From an uncultured Verrucomicrobia subdivision 3 bacterium (GTDB taxonomy: Bacteria > Verrucomicrobiota > Verrucomicrobiia > Limisphaerales > UBA11358), in contig CAIXUZ010000060.1 of NCBI GenBank assembly GCA_903922735.1, forward strand, positions 239,883-263,882: DNA of 24,000 nt, written 5' to 3'. Position numbers and translations under genes: made by a program. Positions 1 through 8,484 of this stretch are shown piece by piece (position 1 is the first letter of the stretch; each line of letters starts with the position of its first letter). The notes beneath the pieces were generated by a model that saw nothing but the letters and a program-made list of their open reading frames with translations, had not been told where the DNA came from and did not search any database.

Positions 1-1877
1 GGATTGGTCAGGAGCAGGGCTGGATTTCCGGCTCCTGGTTTTTGCGCGACGACGACACGCTCTGGCTGATCCCCGGCGATTCGGCGATGGGGCTGCGCCT
101 GCCGCTCGATTCCGTGCCGTGGGTTGCGGAAAAAGATTTTCCGTGGTTGCGCCCGCAGGATCCCGCGGAGCCAAACCTGCCTGAGCTGCCGAAAGAATTT
201 CCTTATCGCCGCCAAGTCGTCGGCCGTCGCGAGGCGCCGATGCCGCCCGGTTACGGCCCCGGCCAGCGGGCGCAAAAACTCGGCAAGCTGGAAGAAAAAC
301 CAGAGCTGAAACCGGACGAAAATCCGAATCGCCGGCCCGCGCCGGGAGAATCCGCGCCGTGGATCATTCGCACCGCGCTGTGCGTGGAGCCGCGCGATGG
401 CCGCTTGCACGTTTTCATGCCGCCCGTGGAGAAGACGGAAGATTATCTAGATCTCATCGCCGGCATCGAATCCACTGCGGCCGAAACCGGTTTGCCGGTG
501 GTCATCGAAGGCGAAACCCCGCCGCGCGATCCGCGCCTGAACAAGCTCGCCGTGACGCCCGACCCGGGCGTGATCGAGGTGAACATGCACCCGAGCAAAA
601 CCTGGGAAGAACTGGTCGAACGGACGACAGTGCTTTACGAGGAGGCGCGGCAAACGCGGCTCGGCACGGAAAAATTCATGGTGGACGGCCGCCACACCGG
701 CACCGGCGGCGGCAACCATATCATAATCGGCGGGGAAACGCCGACGGATTCGCCCGTGCTACGCCGACCCGATTTGCTGCGCTCACTGCTGACGTATTGG
801 CAGAATCATCCTTCGTTGAGCTGGCTGTTCAGCGGCCTGTTCATCGGCCCGACATCGCAGGCGCCGCGCATTGACGAGGCGCGCAACGATTCCCTTTACG
901 AACTCGAGGTCGCGTTTAAAGAAATGGACAAGCAGATCGGGCAGTTCGGCCAGACGCCGCCGTGGCTGGTGGACCGGCTATTCCGCAATTTGCTGATCGA
1001 TTCCAGCGGCAACACGCATCGCGCGGAATTTTCGATTGATAAACTCTACGCGCCCGAAAGCAGCACCGGACGGCTTGGACTCGTGGAAATGCGCGCGTTC
1101 GAAATGCCACCGCATGCGGAGATGAGCCTCGCGCAACATCTGTTGCTCCGCGGCCTCGTCTCAAAATTCTGGAAGGAACCTTACCAGAACGGCCTGGTGC
1201 GCTGGGGCACCGATATTCACGACCGCTGGATGCTGCCGCATTTTTGCGAGACGGATTTCAAGGATGTCATCAACGATCTGCGCGAAGCCGGTTATCCATT
1301 TCAGGCGGAATGGTTCGCGCCGCATTTTGAATTTCGTTTCCCGCGCATCGGCGATCTGGAGCAGCGTGATCTGCAGATCGAACTCCGCACCGCGCTTGAG
1401 CCCTGGCACGTCCTCGGCGAAGAACCCGGCGGCGGCGGCACGGTGCGCTACGTGGATAGCTCGGTAGAACGTTTGCAGATCAAGGCGCGCGGCCTTGCGG
1501 GCGACCGCTTCGCCATCACTTGCAATGGGCATCGCGTGCCGTTGCACCCGACCGGCACCAACGGCGAAGGCGTCGCGGGCGTGCGCTATCGCGCGTGGCA
1601 ACCGCCGGTTTGTCTGCAACCCACCATCAAATCACACGCGCCGCTGCGTTTCGATCTCTACGACACCTGGAACCAGCGCTCACTCGGCGGCTGCACTTAC
1701 AACGTCGCACATCCCGGCGGCCGCAGTTACGACACCTTTCCGGTGAATTCGTATGAAGCCGAGTCGCGGCGCCTGGCAAGGTTTTTCCGGCACGGGCATC
1801 AACAGGGCAAGTTCACGCCGCCGGTGGAAAACTTGAACCGCGACTTTCCGTTCACGCTGGATTTGCGTAATGTCTGA
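1..1877 (+). CDS. C-terminal part of a large DUF2126-type putative amidoligase (transglutaminase-associated family); 5' end outside window
   Basis: The frame is open from base 3 to the TGA at 1875-1877. The tracked start at 42 is a TTG inside the open frame, so the N-terminus is off-window. Third codon positions are G/C-rich. The translation (LIPGDSAMGLRLPLDS, GTGGGNHIIIGG) matches my memory of the C-terminal 'putative amidoligase' region of large transglutaminase-like proteins. No HMM search was possible. The stop overlaps the next start by 8 nt. Confidence 0.75.
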   Translation, partial: IGQEQGWISGSWFLRDDDTLWLIPGDSAMGLRLPLDSVPWVAEKDFPWLRPQDPAEPNLPELPKEFPYRRQVVGRREAPMPPGYGPGQRAQKLGKLEEKPELKPDENPNRRPAPGESAPWIIRTALCVEPRDGRLHVFMPPVEKTEDYLDLIAGIESTAAETGLPVVIEGETPPRDPRLNKLAVTPDPGVIEVNMHPSKTWEELVERTTVLYEEARQTRLGTEKFMVDGRHTGTGGGNHIIIGGETPTDSPVLRRPDLLRSLLTYWQNHPSLSWLFSGLFIGPTSQAPRIDEARNDSLYELEVAFKEMDKQIGQFGQTPPWLVDRLFRNLLIDSSGNTHRAEFSIDKLYAPESSTGRLGLVEMRAFEMPPHAEMSLAQHLLLRGLVSKFWKEPYQNGLVRWGTDIHDRWMLPHFCETDFKDVINDLREAGYPFQAEWFAPHFEFRFPRIGDLEQRDLQIELRTALEPWHVLGEEPGGGGTVRYVDSSVERLQIKARGLAGDRFAITCNGHRVPLHPTGTNGEGVAGVRYRAWQPPVCLQPTIKSHAPLRFDLYDTWNQRSLGGCTYNVAHPGGRSYDTFPVNSYEAESRRLARFFRHGHQQGKFTPPVENLNRDFPFTLDLRNV

Positions 1878-4473
1878 CGCGAATCAAAGGCGGCCAGACC
1901 ACGATCCGAAGCCCATGTCCCAGGCCCAATTCCAATCCACAACCGGCGCGGGAGACGACGCTAAAAAAGCGGCGGGCGCCAGTCTGTTGTCCGGCTACCA
2001 ACCCGGCGCGGGCGCGTTTGATGAATTCCTCGCAACGAAAGGCGAAGTTTATCCCCATTACGAAAAACTGCTGGGACAGCTGGAGGAGTTTGGCGAGGGA
2101 GAAATGCAGCGGCGCGCGGATGCCAGCCAGCGGTTTGTCCACGAACACGGCATCACTTACAACGTCTATGGCGACCCGCGCGGCATGGAGCGTCCGTGGC
2201 AGCTCGACCCGATTCCGTTCGTTATCGCGCCCGATGAATGGCGCAACCTGGAAACGGGATTGATCCAGCGGGCGAAATTGCTGAATCGGATTCTAGCCGA
2301 CTGCTACTCCGGTCAGGAGCTCATCCGCTCCCGCTGGCTTTCGCCCGCGCTCATTTTTGGCCAGCCGGATTTTTTGCGGCCATGTCACGGCATCCGCGTG
2401 CCGGGTGACAACTATCTGCATTTCTACGCGGCGGATCTTTCGCGTTCGCCCGACGGGCGCTGGTGGGTGGTTTCCGACCGCACACAGATTCCCACCGGGG
2501 CCGGCTACGCGCTGGCGAATCGCCTCGTCACCTCGCGCATCCTGCCGGAATCGTTCCGCGATAATCAGGTGCATCGGCTGGCCGGCTTTTTTCTCACCGT
2601 GCAGAACTCACTGGCGCAACTCGCGCCGCGTCAGGCCGACAAGGCGCGCGTGGTCATGCTCACGCCCGGCCCGCACAACGAAACCTATTTCGAACAGGCC
2701 TATCTGGCGCGCTATCTCGGCTACATGCTGGTCGAGGGACAAGATTTGACGGTGCGCGACAATCACGTATTTCTTAAAACCTTGAGCGGACTGGAGCGCG
2801 TGGATGTGATTCTCCGCCGCGTGGATGATGATTTCTGCGATCCGCTGGAGCTGCGCAATGATTCTATTCTCGGCGTGCCGGGTCTGGTCGAAGCGGTGCG
2901 CGCCGGCAATGTCGTCGTCACGAACGCGCTCGGCAGCGGACTGGTGCAAAGTCCGGCGTTCATGTCGTTCCTGCCGGGCTTGTGCGAGCATTTGCTAGGC
3001 GAAAACTTAAAACTGCCGTCCGTCGCCACCTGGTGGTGCGGCCAGCAATCCGCGCGTGAACACGTTCTGAAAAATCTCGACAGTCTGGTGGTGAAGCCAG
3101 CGTTTCGCACGCATCTAAAAATCACCAACGCCGAGCGCAACGAATTAAAACAACGCATTGAATTTGATCCCGACCTGTTTGTGGCCCAGGAACAGGTGGA
3201 GCTCTCGACCGCGCCGTCCTGGAAAAAAGATTCGCTGGTCGCCCAACCGATAAGCTTGCGCGTATTTCTCGTTGCCGATGGCAAGGGCGGTTACTGTGTG
3301 ATGCCCGGCGGCCTGGTTCGCATCGCGCCCGACAACAGCGGCAGTTTCATCTCCATGCAACGGGGCGGCAGCAGCAAAGACACCTGGATCCCCTCCGCCA
3401 CGCCGGTGGCTGAACTTACTTTGCTCCATGCCTCCGGCCAGAGCGTCGAATTGCGGCGCACGGGAAACAATCTGCCCTCGCGCCTCGCGGATAATTTCTT
3501 CTGGCTCGGCCGCTACTCGGAACGCGCTGACGCAACTTCGAGATTTCTGCGCAGCGCCCTGCTGCGCTTCAATCCCGAGCGCGCCAGCGGCGCGCGGTCA
3601 CTATTGTCGCCGCTGCTGCAGACACTGGAAACACAAGGTCAGTTGCCCGGCATCTCCAACAAGCCGGAATTGCGGGCAAACGCCGAAGCCTTTGAAGCGG
3701 AATTGCTCGCCGCCATTTTTGCCCCCGACCGTCCCGGCAGTCTGCGCCGGACGGCCGAGCAACTGCATCGACTCGCGATGCTGGTGCGGGATCGCACTTC
3801 GAATGACATGTGGCGCGTGCTGAGCCAGATTGACGATCGCCTCGCTACGCCCACCACCAGCCTGGTGATGCTTTCCGGCGATGCCGTGGGCATCTTGAAT
3901 CAGACGCTGCTCGGCCTGGCGGCGTTCCATGGTCTCGCGAGAGAGAATATGACGCGCGCTCAAGCCTGGCGCTTCCTCGACATGGGCCTACGGCTTGAGC
4001 GGGCGGTTTATCTGTGCACGCTGCTGAATGCGACCCTTCACTCGGCTGATGCCGAGAATCCCAGCCTGCTGGAAGCCGTGCTCGAAGTTGTGGACTGCAG
4101 CATCACTTTCCGCTCGCGCTACAATTTGTTACCGACGATTCCGGCAGTGTTCGACCTGGTCCTGCTGGATGATAAAAATCCGCGCTCGGTCTTGTTCCAG
4201 ATCAAACAACTCGTAAAACATTTCGAGCGCTTACCCAAAGAACGCGGCGATTCCGGCGGCGCCGGCAAAATGATACTGATGAACACCCTGCAGCACCTGG
4301 AGCGTTCGGACGCGCGTGAGCTGGCCAGCCCGCCGGCAAAATGGGCGGACTCCGGCATTGCGGCAGCAATCAAGGAAACCCTGCAGGCGCTGCCGCAATT
4401 GTCCAATGCCATCGCCGCGAGCTACTTCGCCCACTCGGCGATTTCACGGACCGGCCGGGGAGGTGCGTCATGA
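1870..4473 (+). CDS. Fusion protein: circularly permuted ATP-grasp (type 2) domain + alpha-E domain
   Basis: The ATG at 1870 overlaps the upstream stop. The N-terminal ~500 aa (ITYNVYGDPRGMERPWQLDPIPFVI...EWRNLETGLIQRAKLLNRILADCY) look like the permuted ATP-grasp family. The alpha-E signature (NLPSRLADNFFWLGRYSERAD) starts near DNA 3460-3530 and runs to the C-terminus. It is one uninterrupted 867-aa ORF. Confidence 0.8.
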   Translation: MSDANQRRPDHDPKPMSQAQFQSTTGAGDDAKKAAGASLLSGYQPGAGAFDEFLATKGEVYPHYEKLLGQLEEFGEGEMQRRADASQRFVHEHGITYNVYGDPRGMERPWQLDPIPFVIAPDEWRNLETGLIQRAKLLNRILADCYSGQELIRSRWLSPALIFGQPDFLRPCHGIRVPGDNYLHFYAADLSRSPDGRWWVVSDRTQIPTGAGYALANRLVTSRILPESFRDNQVHRLAGFFLTVQNSLAQLAPRQADKARVVMLTPGPHNETYFEQAYLARYLGYMLVEGQDLTVRDNHVFLKTLSGLERVDVILRRVDDDFCDPLELRNDSILGVPGLVEAVRAGNVVVTNALGSGLVQSPAFMSFLPGLCEHLLGENLKLPSVATWWCGQQSAREHVLKNLDSLVVKPAFRTHLKITNAERNELKQRIEFDPDLFVAQEQVELSTAPSWKKDSLVAQPISLRVFLVADGKGGYCVMPGGLVRIAPDNSGSFISMQRGGSSKDTWIPSATPVAELTLLHASGQSVELRRTGNNLPSRLADNFFWLGRYSERADATSRFLRSALLRFNPERASGARSLLSPLLQTLETQGQLPGISNKPELRANAEAFEAELLAAIFAPDRPGSLRRTAEQLHRLAMLVRDRTSNDMWRVLSQIDDRLATPTTSLVMLSGDAVGILNQTLLGLAAFHGLARENMTRAQAWRFLDMGLRLERAVYLCTLLNATLHSADAENPSLLEAVLEVVDCSITFRSRYNLLPTIPAVFDLVLLDDKNPRSVLFQIKQLVKHFERLPKERGDSGGAGKMILMNTLQHLERSDARELASPPAKWADSGIAAAIKETLQALPQLSNAIAASYFAHSAISRTGRGGAS

Positions 4474-5345
4474 ATTATCACATCACCCATCGCACGTTTT
4501 ACGATTACGCCGCGCCAGTGTCCGTCTCGCATCATGTCGCACGTCTGGAACCGTTGATCACAGCCACACAAGCGCGCGAGGATTTCTCGCTCCAGATTTT
4601 TCCAGAACCGACCCTGCGAAAGGAACGCACGGATTATTTTGGGAACCGGCTTTGTTTTTTCGCGATTCAAGAAATCCACACCCAATTGGAGATCATCACT
4701 CACAGCCGCGTATCCGTGCAACCGCGCCGGGAAGCACAAAACGAGTCCACCGTCGCCTGGGAGTCAGTGGCGGAAATGTTTCGCGACCCGGTATCGCCGG
4801 AAGTCGTCGAGCCGTATCAATTCGTTTTTGATTCACCGCAGATTCGCGCCGCCCTGGATCTGGCGGATTACGCCCGCGACAGTTTTCGTGAGGGAACGCC
4901 GTTGATGGCCGGGACACGCGCGCTAACCCGGCGCATCTTCCAAGACTTCAAGTTCGACCCGGAAGCAACGACGGTAGCGACGCCGCTGGAAGAGGTCTGG
5001 AAAAAACGGCGGGGCGTGTGCCAGGACTTTGCGCATCTCGCCATCGCATGCCTGCGTTCGCTGGGTCTGCCGGCACGTTACGTCAGCGGTTATCTGCGCA
5101 CGCGACCGCCGGAAGGCAAACCGCGTCTCGTCGGGGCGGATGCGAGTCACGCCTGGTTTTCCATTTTTTCGCCGGGCAGGGGCTGGATTGATTTTGACCC
5201 GACGAATAATTGCCAGCCCGCGGAGGAACATATCACCGTGGCCTATGGCCGCGACTTTGGCGATGTGAGTCCCGTGGCGGGAATCCTCACTGGCGGCGGT
5301 CAGCATGAAGTCAAAGTTTCCGTCGATGTCGAACCCTTGGATTAA
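4470..5345 (+). CDS. Transglutaminase-fold protein (N-terminal bacterial transglutaminase-like domain + Cys-His-Asp core)
   Basis: I chose the ATG at 4470, inside tracked ORF 4341..5345. GGAGG sits at 4459-4463, 6 nt upstream. There is an ATGA overlap with the upstream stop (4471-4473). MNYHITHRTFYDY is the usual N-terminus of this family. The core motif is RRGVCQDFAH (Cys codon 5019-5021), followed by SHAW and DFDPTN. Confidence 0.85.
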   Translation: MNYHITHRTFYDYAAPVSVSHHVARLEPLITATQAREDFSLQIFPEPTLRKERTDYFGNRLCFFAIQEIHTQLEIITHSRVSVQPRREAQNESTVAWESVAEMFRDPVSPEVVEPYQFVFDSPQIRAALDLADYARDSFREGTPLMAGTRALTRRIFQDFKFDPEATTVATPLEEVWKKRRGVCQDFAHLAIACLRSLGLPARYVSGYLRTRPPEGKPRLVGADASHAWFSIFSPGRGWIDFDPTNNCQPAEEHITVAYGRDFGDVSPVAGILTGGGQHEVKVSVDVEPLD

Positions 5346-5348
5346 ACA

Positions 5349-6182
5349 ATGCGTTACCACATTCTCCATCGCACCCAATATGCTTACGCCGCGCCGGTGC
5401 GGGAGAGCCGCAATGAGCTTCATCTGCAACCGCTTTCCAATCAACAGCAAACTGTGGATTCGTTTTTGCTCAAAGTTTTACCCAGCACCCGGCTGAAGCA
5501 TTACTATGATTTTTACAGCAATTGCGTTCATTACTTTGAGCTATTGGAACCGCATGCTGCACTCACCGTGGAGAGCAGTTTCCGCGTCACGACCCAGAAA
5601 ATGAGCAGCCTGCCGCCCGACGCACGCCCCATCATGATCTCGCGGATTAAAGAAGCCCTGACCGAAGGACGCTGCTATGACTTCATTCAGGCAAGCCGCT
5701 ATGTGGACAATTCCCCGGAAGTCTGGCGGCTGGCGGTGGACGCCGTGGGTGACGAGCGGGATGTCTGGCAACAAGCGCTCCGCTTAATGGCCTTTGTGCA
5801 TTCCCATCTGGCTTATCAAAGCAACTCCACCAAGGTGCATACCCACACGCGCGAGGTATTGGCGCAGCGGCGCGGCGTCTGCCAGGATTTTGCCCATGTG
5901 ATGTTGAGCTTGTGCCGCTCCATGCAAATACCCGCGCTCTATGTGAGCGGATATCTGGCCACCGAAAAAGCCAGTGCAACCCATGCCTGGATTGAGGTAT
6001 TCATTCCCGGCCACGGCTGGCAGCCACTCGATCCAACGCATAATCTGCAGCCGGACGAAACCTACATAAAGATTGCCGTGGGTCGCGATTATGCCGATGT
6101 CGCCCCCATCTCCGGCACCTACAAAGGCACAACTGAAAGAAATATGAACGTCACGGTAAAAATTGAACGGATTGACGCCTAG
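5349..6182 (+). CDS. Transglutaminase-fold protein, paralogue of the preceding gene
   Basis: The ATG lies 3 nt after the upstream stop. N-terminus is MRYHILHRTQYAYAAPV. Motifs RRGVCQDFAH (Cys codon 5880-5882), THAW and LDPTH are present. Domain order matches 4470..5345. Confidence 0.85.
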   Translation: MRYHILHRTQYAYAAPVRESRNELHLQPLSNQQQTVDSFLLKVLPSTRLKHYYDFYSNCVHYFELLEPHAALTVESSFRVTTQKMSSLPPDARPIMISRIKEALTEGRCYDFIQASRYVDNSPEVWRLAVDAVGDERDVWQQALRLMAFVHSHLAYQSNSTKVHTHTREVLAQRRGVCQDFAHVMLSLCRSMQIPALYVSGYLATEKASATHAWIEVFIPGHGWQPLDPTHNLQPDETYIKIAVGRDYADVAPISGTYKGTTERNMNVTVKIERIDA

Positions 6183-6364
6183 CTAATATTCAAACCGGAC
6201 CGCCCCTTATATCTCTTCGCTTCTCCGAGCGACGCTCATGGTTTCCGACAAATTGATGTTTTGATAAAAACTCCAAATCTTGAAAAATAATCTGGTCAGG
6301 AAGCATGTCTAATTACTAACTTTGCGGGCAAGCAAAGCCAATCAAACCATTAAACGTTACCGCC

Positions 6365-6958
6365 ATGACTGAAAACCCCATTCAAATCAAGGATTCCACC
6401 GCCAATCCCGCACCGCTCGGCCTGCTGGGCTTCGGCATGACCACCGTGCTGCTGAATTTGCATAACGCCGGATTTTACGAACTCAACAGCATGATCCTCG
6501 GCATGGGCATTTTTTACGGCGGCATCGCGCAGGTGATTGCCGGCATCATGGAATGGAATAAGAAAAACACCTTTGCCACCACCGCCTTCATTTCCTACGG
6601 TTTCTTCTGGCTGACGTTCGTGGCTCTTATAACACTGCCAAAAATCGTCACCGGCATCGTTCCCGCCAAGCCGGAAGCCATGGCCGCGTTCCTCGGAATG
6701 TGGGGCGTTTTCACCGCCGTTATGTTTGTCGGCACACTCAAATTGAACCGCGCGCTCCAGTTCGTCTTTGGCTCGCTAACCGTGCTGTTTTTCCTGCTCG
6801 TCGCCGTAAAACTCACCGAAAATCCAGCGCTGGAACATTTCACCGGCTATGAAGGCATCCTTTGCGGTCTCTCGGCCATTTACACCGGCCTGGCGCAGGT
6901 TCTGAATGAGCTGTATGACCGCACGATTCTCCCGCTGGGGCAGCCAAAATCAAGCTAG
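6365..6958 (+). CDS. satP: GPR1/FUN34/YaaH-family acetate/succinate channel
   Basis: The family signature [11 protein letters not shown] lies near the N-terminus. The 197-aa protein has about six hydrophobic helices. An A/T-rich 180-bp upstream gap suggests its own promoter. Confidence 0.8.
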   Translation: MTENPIQIKDSTANPAPLGLLGFGMTTVLLNLHNAGFYELNSMILGMGIFYGGIAQVIAGIMEWNKKNTFATTAFISYGFFWLTFVALITLPKIVTGIVPAKPEAMAAFLGMWGVFTAVMFVGTLKLNRALQFVFGSLTVLFFLLVAVKLTENPALEHFTGYEGILCGLSAIYTGLAQVLNELYDRTILPLGQPKSS

Positions 6959-7070
6959 CCACATCGAGCCCGACAATTCCATCTTTTCAAACGCCCTCAA
7001 CCGGACTATCCTTCCGTTCCGATTTTGAGCTGCGCGGAGGATTTCCCGGCGCAACTCCAAAGATTTTTGT

Positions 7071-8288
7071 ATGGCATTGATTGTTCAAAAATATGGCGGC
7101 ACGTCGGTCGGCAACACCGACCGCATCAAGAACGTCGCCAAACGCGTCGCGGAATACCGTGCGAAAGGCGACCAGGTCGTCGTCGTCGTCTCGGCGATGA
7201 GCGGTGTCACGGATGGTCTCATCAAGCTGGCCAAAGACATCGCCCCGCTCCCCAGCGAACGCGAGATGGACATGCTCCTGGCCACCGGCGAACAGCAGAC
7301 CATCGCGCTCACGGCCATCGCGCTTCACACCATCGGTGTTTCCGCCGTTTCCATGACCGGCGCCCAGGCGGGCATTGTCACCGACGGCGTTCACACCAAA
7401 GCCAAGATTCACAACATCACCCCGAAGCAGGTTCACGAAGCGCTTGACGCCGGCAACGTCGTCATCGTAGCGGGTTTCCAAGGTGAAACGGCGGCGGGCC
7501 AGATCACCACGCTCGGCCGTGGCGGCTCGGATTTGACGGCGATAGCGCTCGCCGCCGCGCTCAAGGCCGATCTTTGCCAGATTTACACGGACGTGGACGG
7601 CGTTTACACCACCGACCCGCGCATCGTGCCGACAGCGAAGAAGCTTCAGGAAATTTCCTATGATGAAATGCTCGAGCTGGCCAGCCTCGGCGCGAAGGTG
7701 ATGCAGAGCCGCTCGGTGGAATTTGCGAAAAAATTTGGAGTCGTGTTCGAGGTTCGCTCCAGCCTCAATGACAACCCCGGAACTATTGTGAAAGAAGAAA
7801 CGAAAAGCATGGAAGGCGTCGTCGTTCGCGGCGTTGCCCTCGACAAAAATCAGGCCAAAGTCACGCTCGTCGGCGTGCCCGACAAACCTGGCGTGGCCGC
7901 GAAGATTTTCAAGGCGCTCGGTGACGCGACCGTGAACGTGGACATGATCATCCAGAACATCAGCCACGGGACCAGTTCGCCCGCCACGGACATTTCCTTC
8001 ACCGCCGACAAACCGGATTTGCTCAAGGCGCAGAAGGTCATCGAAGGCTTGAAGGGTGAAGTCGGCTACCGCGATGTCATCACCGCCGAGAAAATCGGCA
8101 AGCTGTCCATCGTCGGCGTGGGCATGAAATCGCACACCGGCGTGGCCGGCAAGCTGTTCGAGACGCTCGCCAAGGAAGGCATCAACATTGACATGATTTC
8201 CACCAGCGAAATCAAGATTTCTGTCGTCATCGACCTCGCGAAGGGCGAACAGGCGGTAAAAGCCGTCCACGCGGCCTTCATCGGCTAA
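7071..8288 (+). CDS. lysC: Aspartate kinase
   Basis: The N-terminus MALIVQKYGGTSVG is typical of the amino-acid kinase family. The protein is 405 aa with two C-terminal ACT-like repeats (VTLVGVPDKPGVAAKIF..., LSIVGVGMKSHTGVAGKLF...). The longer antisense ORF 6987..8486 is a G/C-composition artefact. Confidence 0.9.
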   Translation: MALIVQKYGGTSVGNTDRIKNVAKRVAEYRAKGDQVVVVVSAMSGVTDGLIKLAKDIAPLPSEREMDMLLATGEQQTIALTAIALHTIGVSAVSMTGAQAGIVTDGVHTKAKIHNITPKQVHEALDAGNVVIVAGFQGETAAGQITTLGRGGSDLTAIALAAALKADLCQIYTDVDGVYTTDPRIVPTAKKLQEISYDEMLELASLGAKVMQSRSVEFAKKFGVVFEVRSSLNDNPGTIVKEETKSMEGVVVRGVALDKNQAKVTLVGVPDKPGVAAKIFKALGDATVNVDMIIQNISHGTSSPATDISFTADKPDLLKAQKVIEGLKGEVGYRDVITAEKIGKLSIVGVGMKSHTGVAGKLFETLAKEGINIDMISTSEIKISVVIDLAKGEQAVKAVHAAFIG

Positions 8289-8325
8289 ACTTGACCGATC
8301 CGACCATCGCTTGTAGTTTACGAAC

Positions 8326-8391
8326 ATGAATCGCAACCTGAACCTGCTGCTTACGAACGCGCTGCCAACCAGCGCGGCAGTCGGGTTTTGA
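8326..8391 (+). CDS. Candidate leucine-rich leader peptide (MNRNLNLLLTNALPTSAAVGF) upstream of leuA
   Basis: This is a 21-codon ORF with 5 Leu codons (8338, 8344, 8347, 8350, 8362), including an LLL run. Its stop (8389-8391) lies immediately 3' of the segment that can pair with the left arm of the downstream terminator. There is no obvious Shine-Dalgarno, but lysC, leuA and satP in this window lack one too. Confidence 0.5.
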   Translation: MNRNLNLLLTNALPTSAAVGF

Positions 8392-8445
8392 GCGTTCACA
8401 AGATTTATCAAACCCACTGCCCGACGGCGGTGGGTTTTTTGTTTT
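8358..8445 (+). promoter_or_regulatory. Putative transcription attenuator controlling leuA (alternative hairpins)
   Basis: Segment 8376-8387 (GGCAGTCGGGTT) and segment 8426-8436 (GGCGGTGGGTT) are near-duplicates. Both are complementary to 8411-8421 (AACCCACTGCC), so antiterminator (2:3) and terminator (3:4) are mutually exclusive. There is an extra GC hairpin, CGCGCTG/CAGCGCG, at 8358-8376 inside the leader ORF. Confidence 0.55.
8411..8445 (+). terminator. Rho-independent terminator (ends lysC transcript and/or acts as leuA attenuator terminator)
   Basis: An 11-bp stem pairs 8411-8421 with 8426-8436 (one G.U), with loop CGAC. It is followed by TTTTTTGTTTT. Confidence 0.8.
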
Positions 8446-8484
8446 AACCCGGCCGCCGGATGGCAATAATACGAAAGCCAGACC

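Noticed and set aside
4341-4469. Upstream extension of the first transglutaminase ORF (tracked start 4341)
   Set aside because: The extension lies inside the preceding gene in another frame. The ATG at 4470 has a GGAGG at ideal spacing, an ATGA stop/start overlap and the family-typical N-terminus MNYHITHRT.
6183-6364. Sigma70-type promoter upstream of satP in the A/T-rich gap
   Set aside because: Several TTGAxA hexamers are present (e.g. 6261, 6280), but none has a convincing -10 element at 16-18 bp spacing. No specific call is made.
6959-7070. Possible lysine riboswitch (L-box) upstream of lysC
   Set aside because: The gap is only about 110 nt, which is shorter than an L-box. I could not find the multi-helix junction or any terminator/sequestor hairpin.
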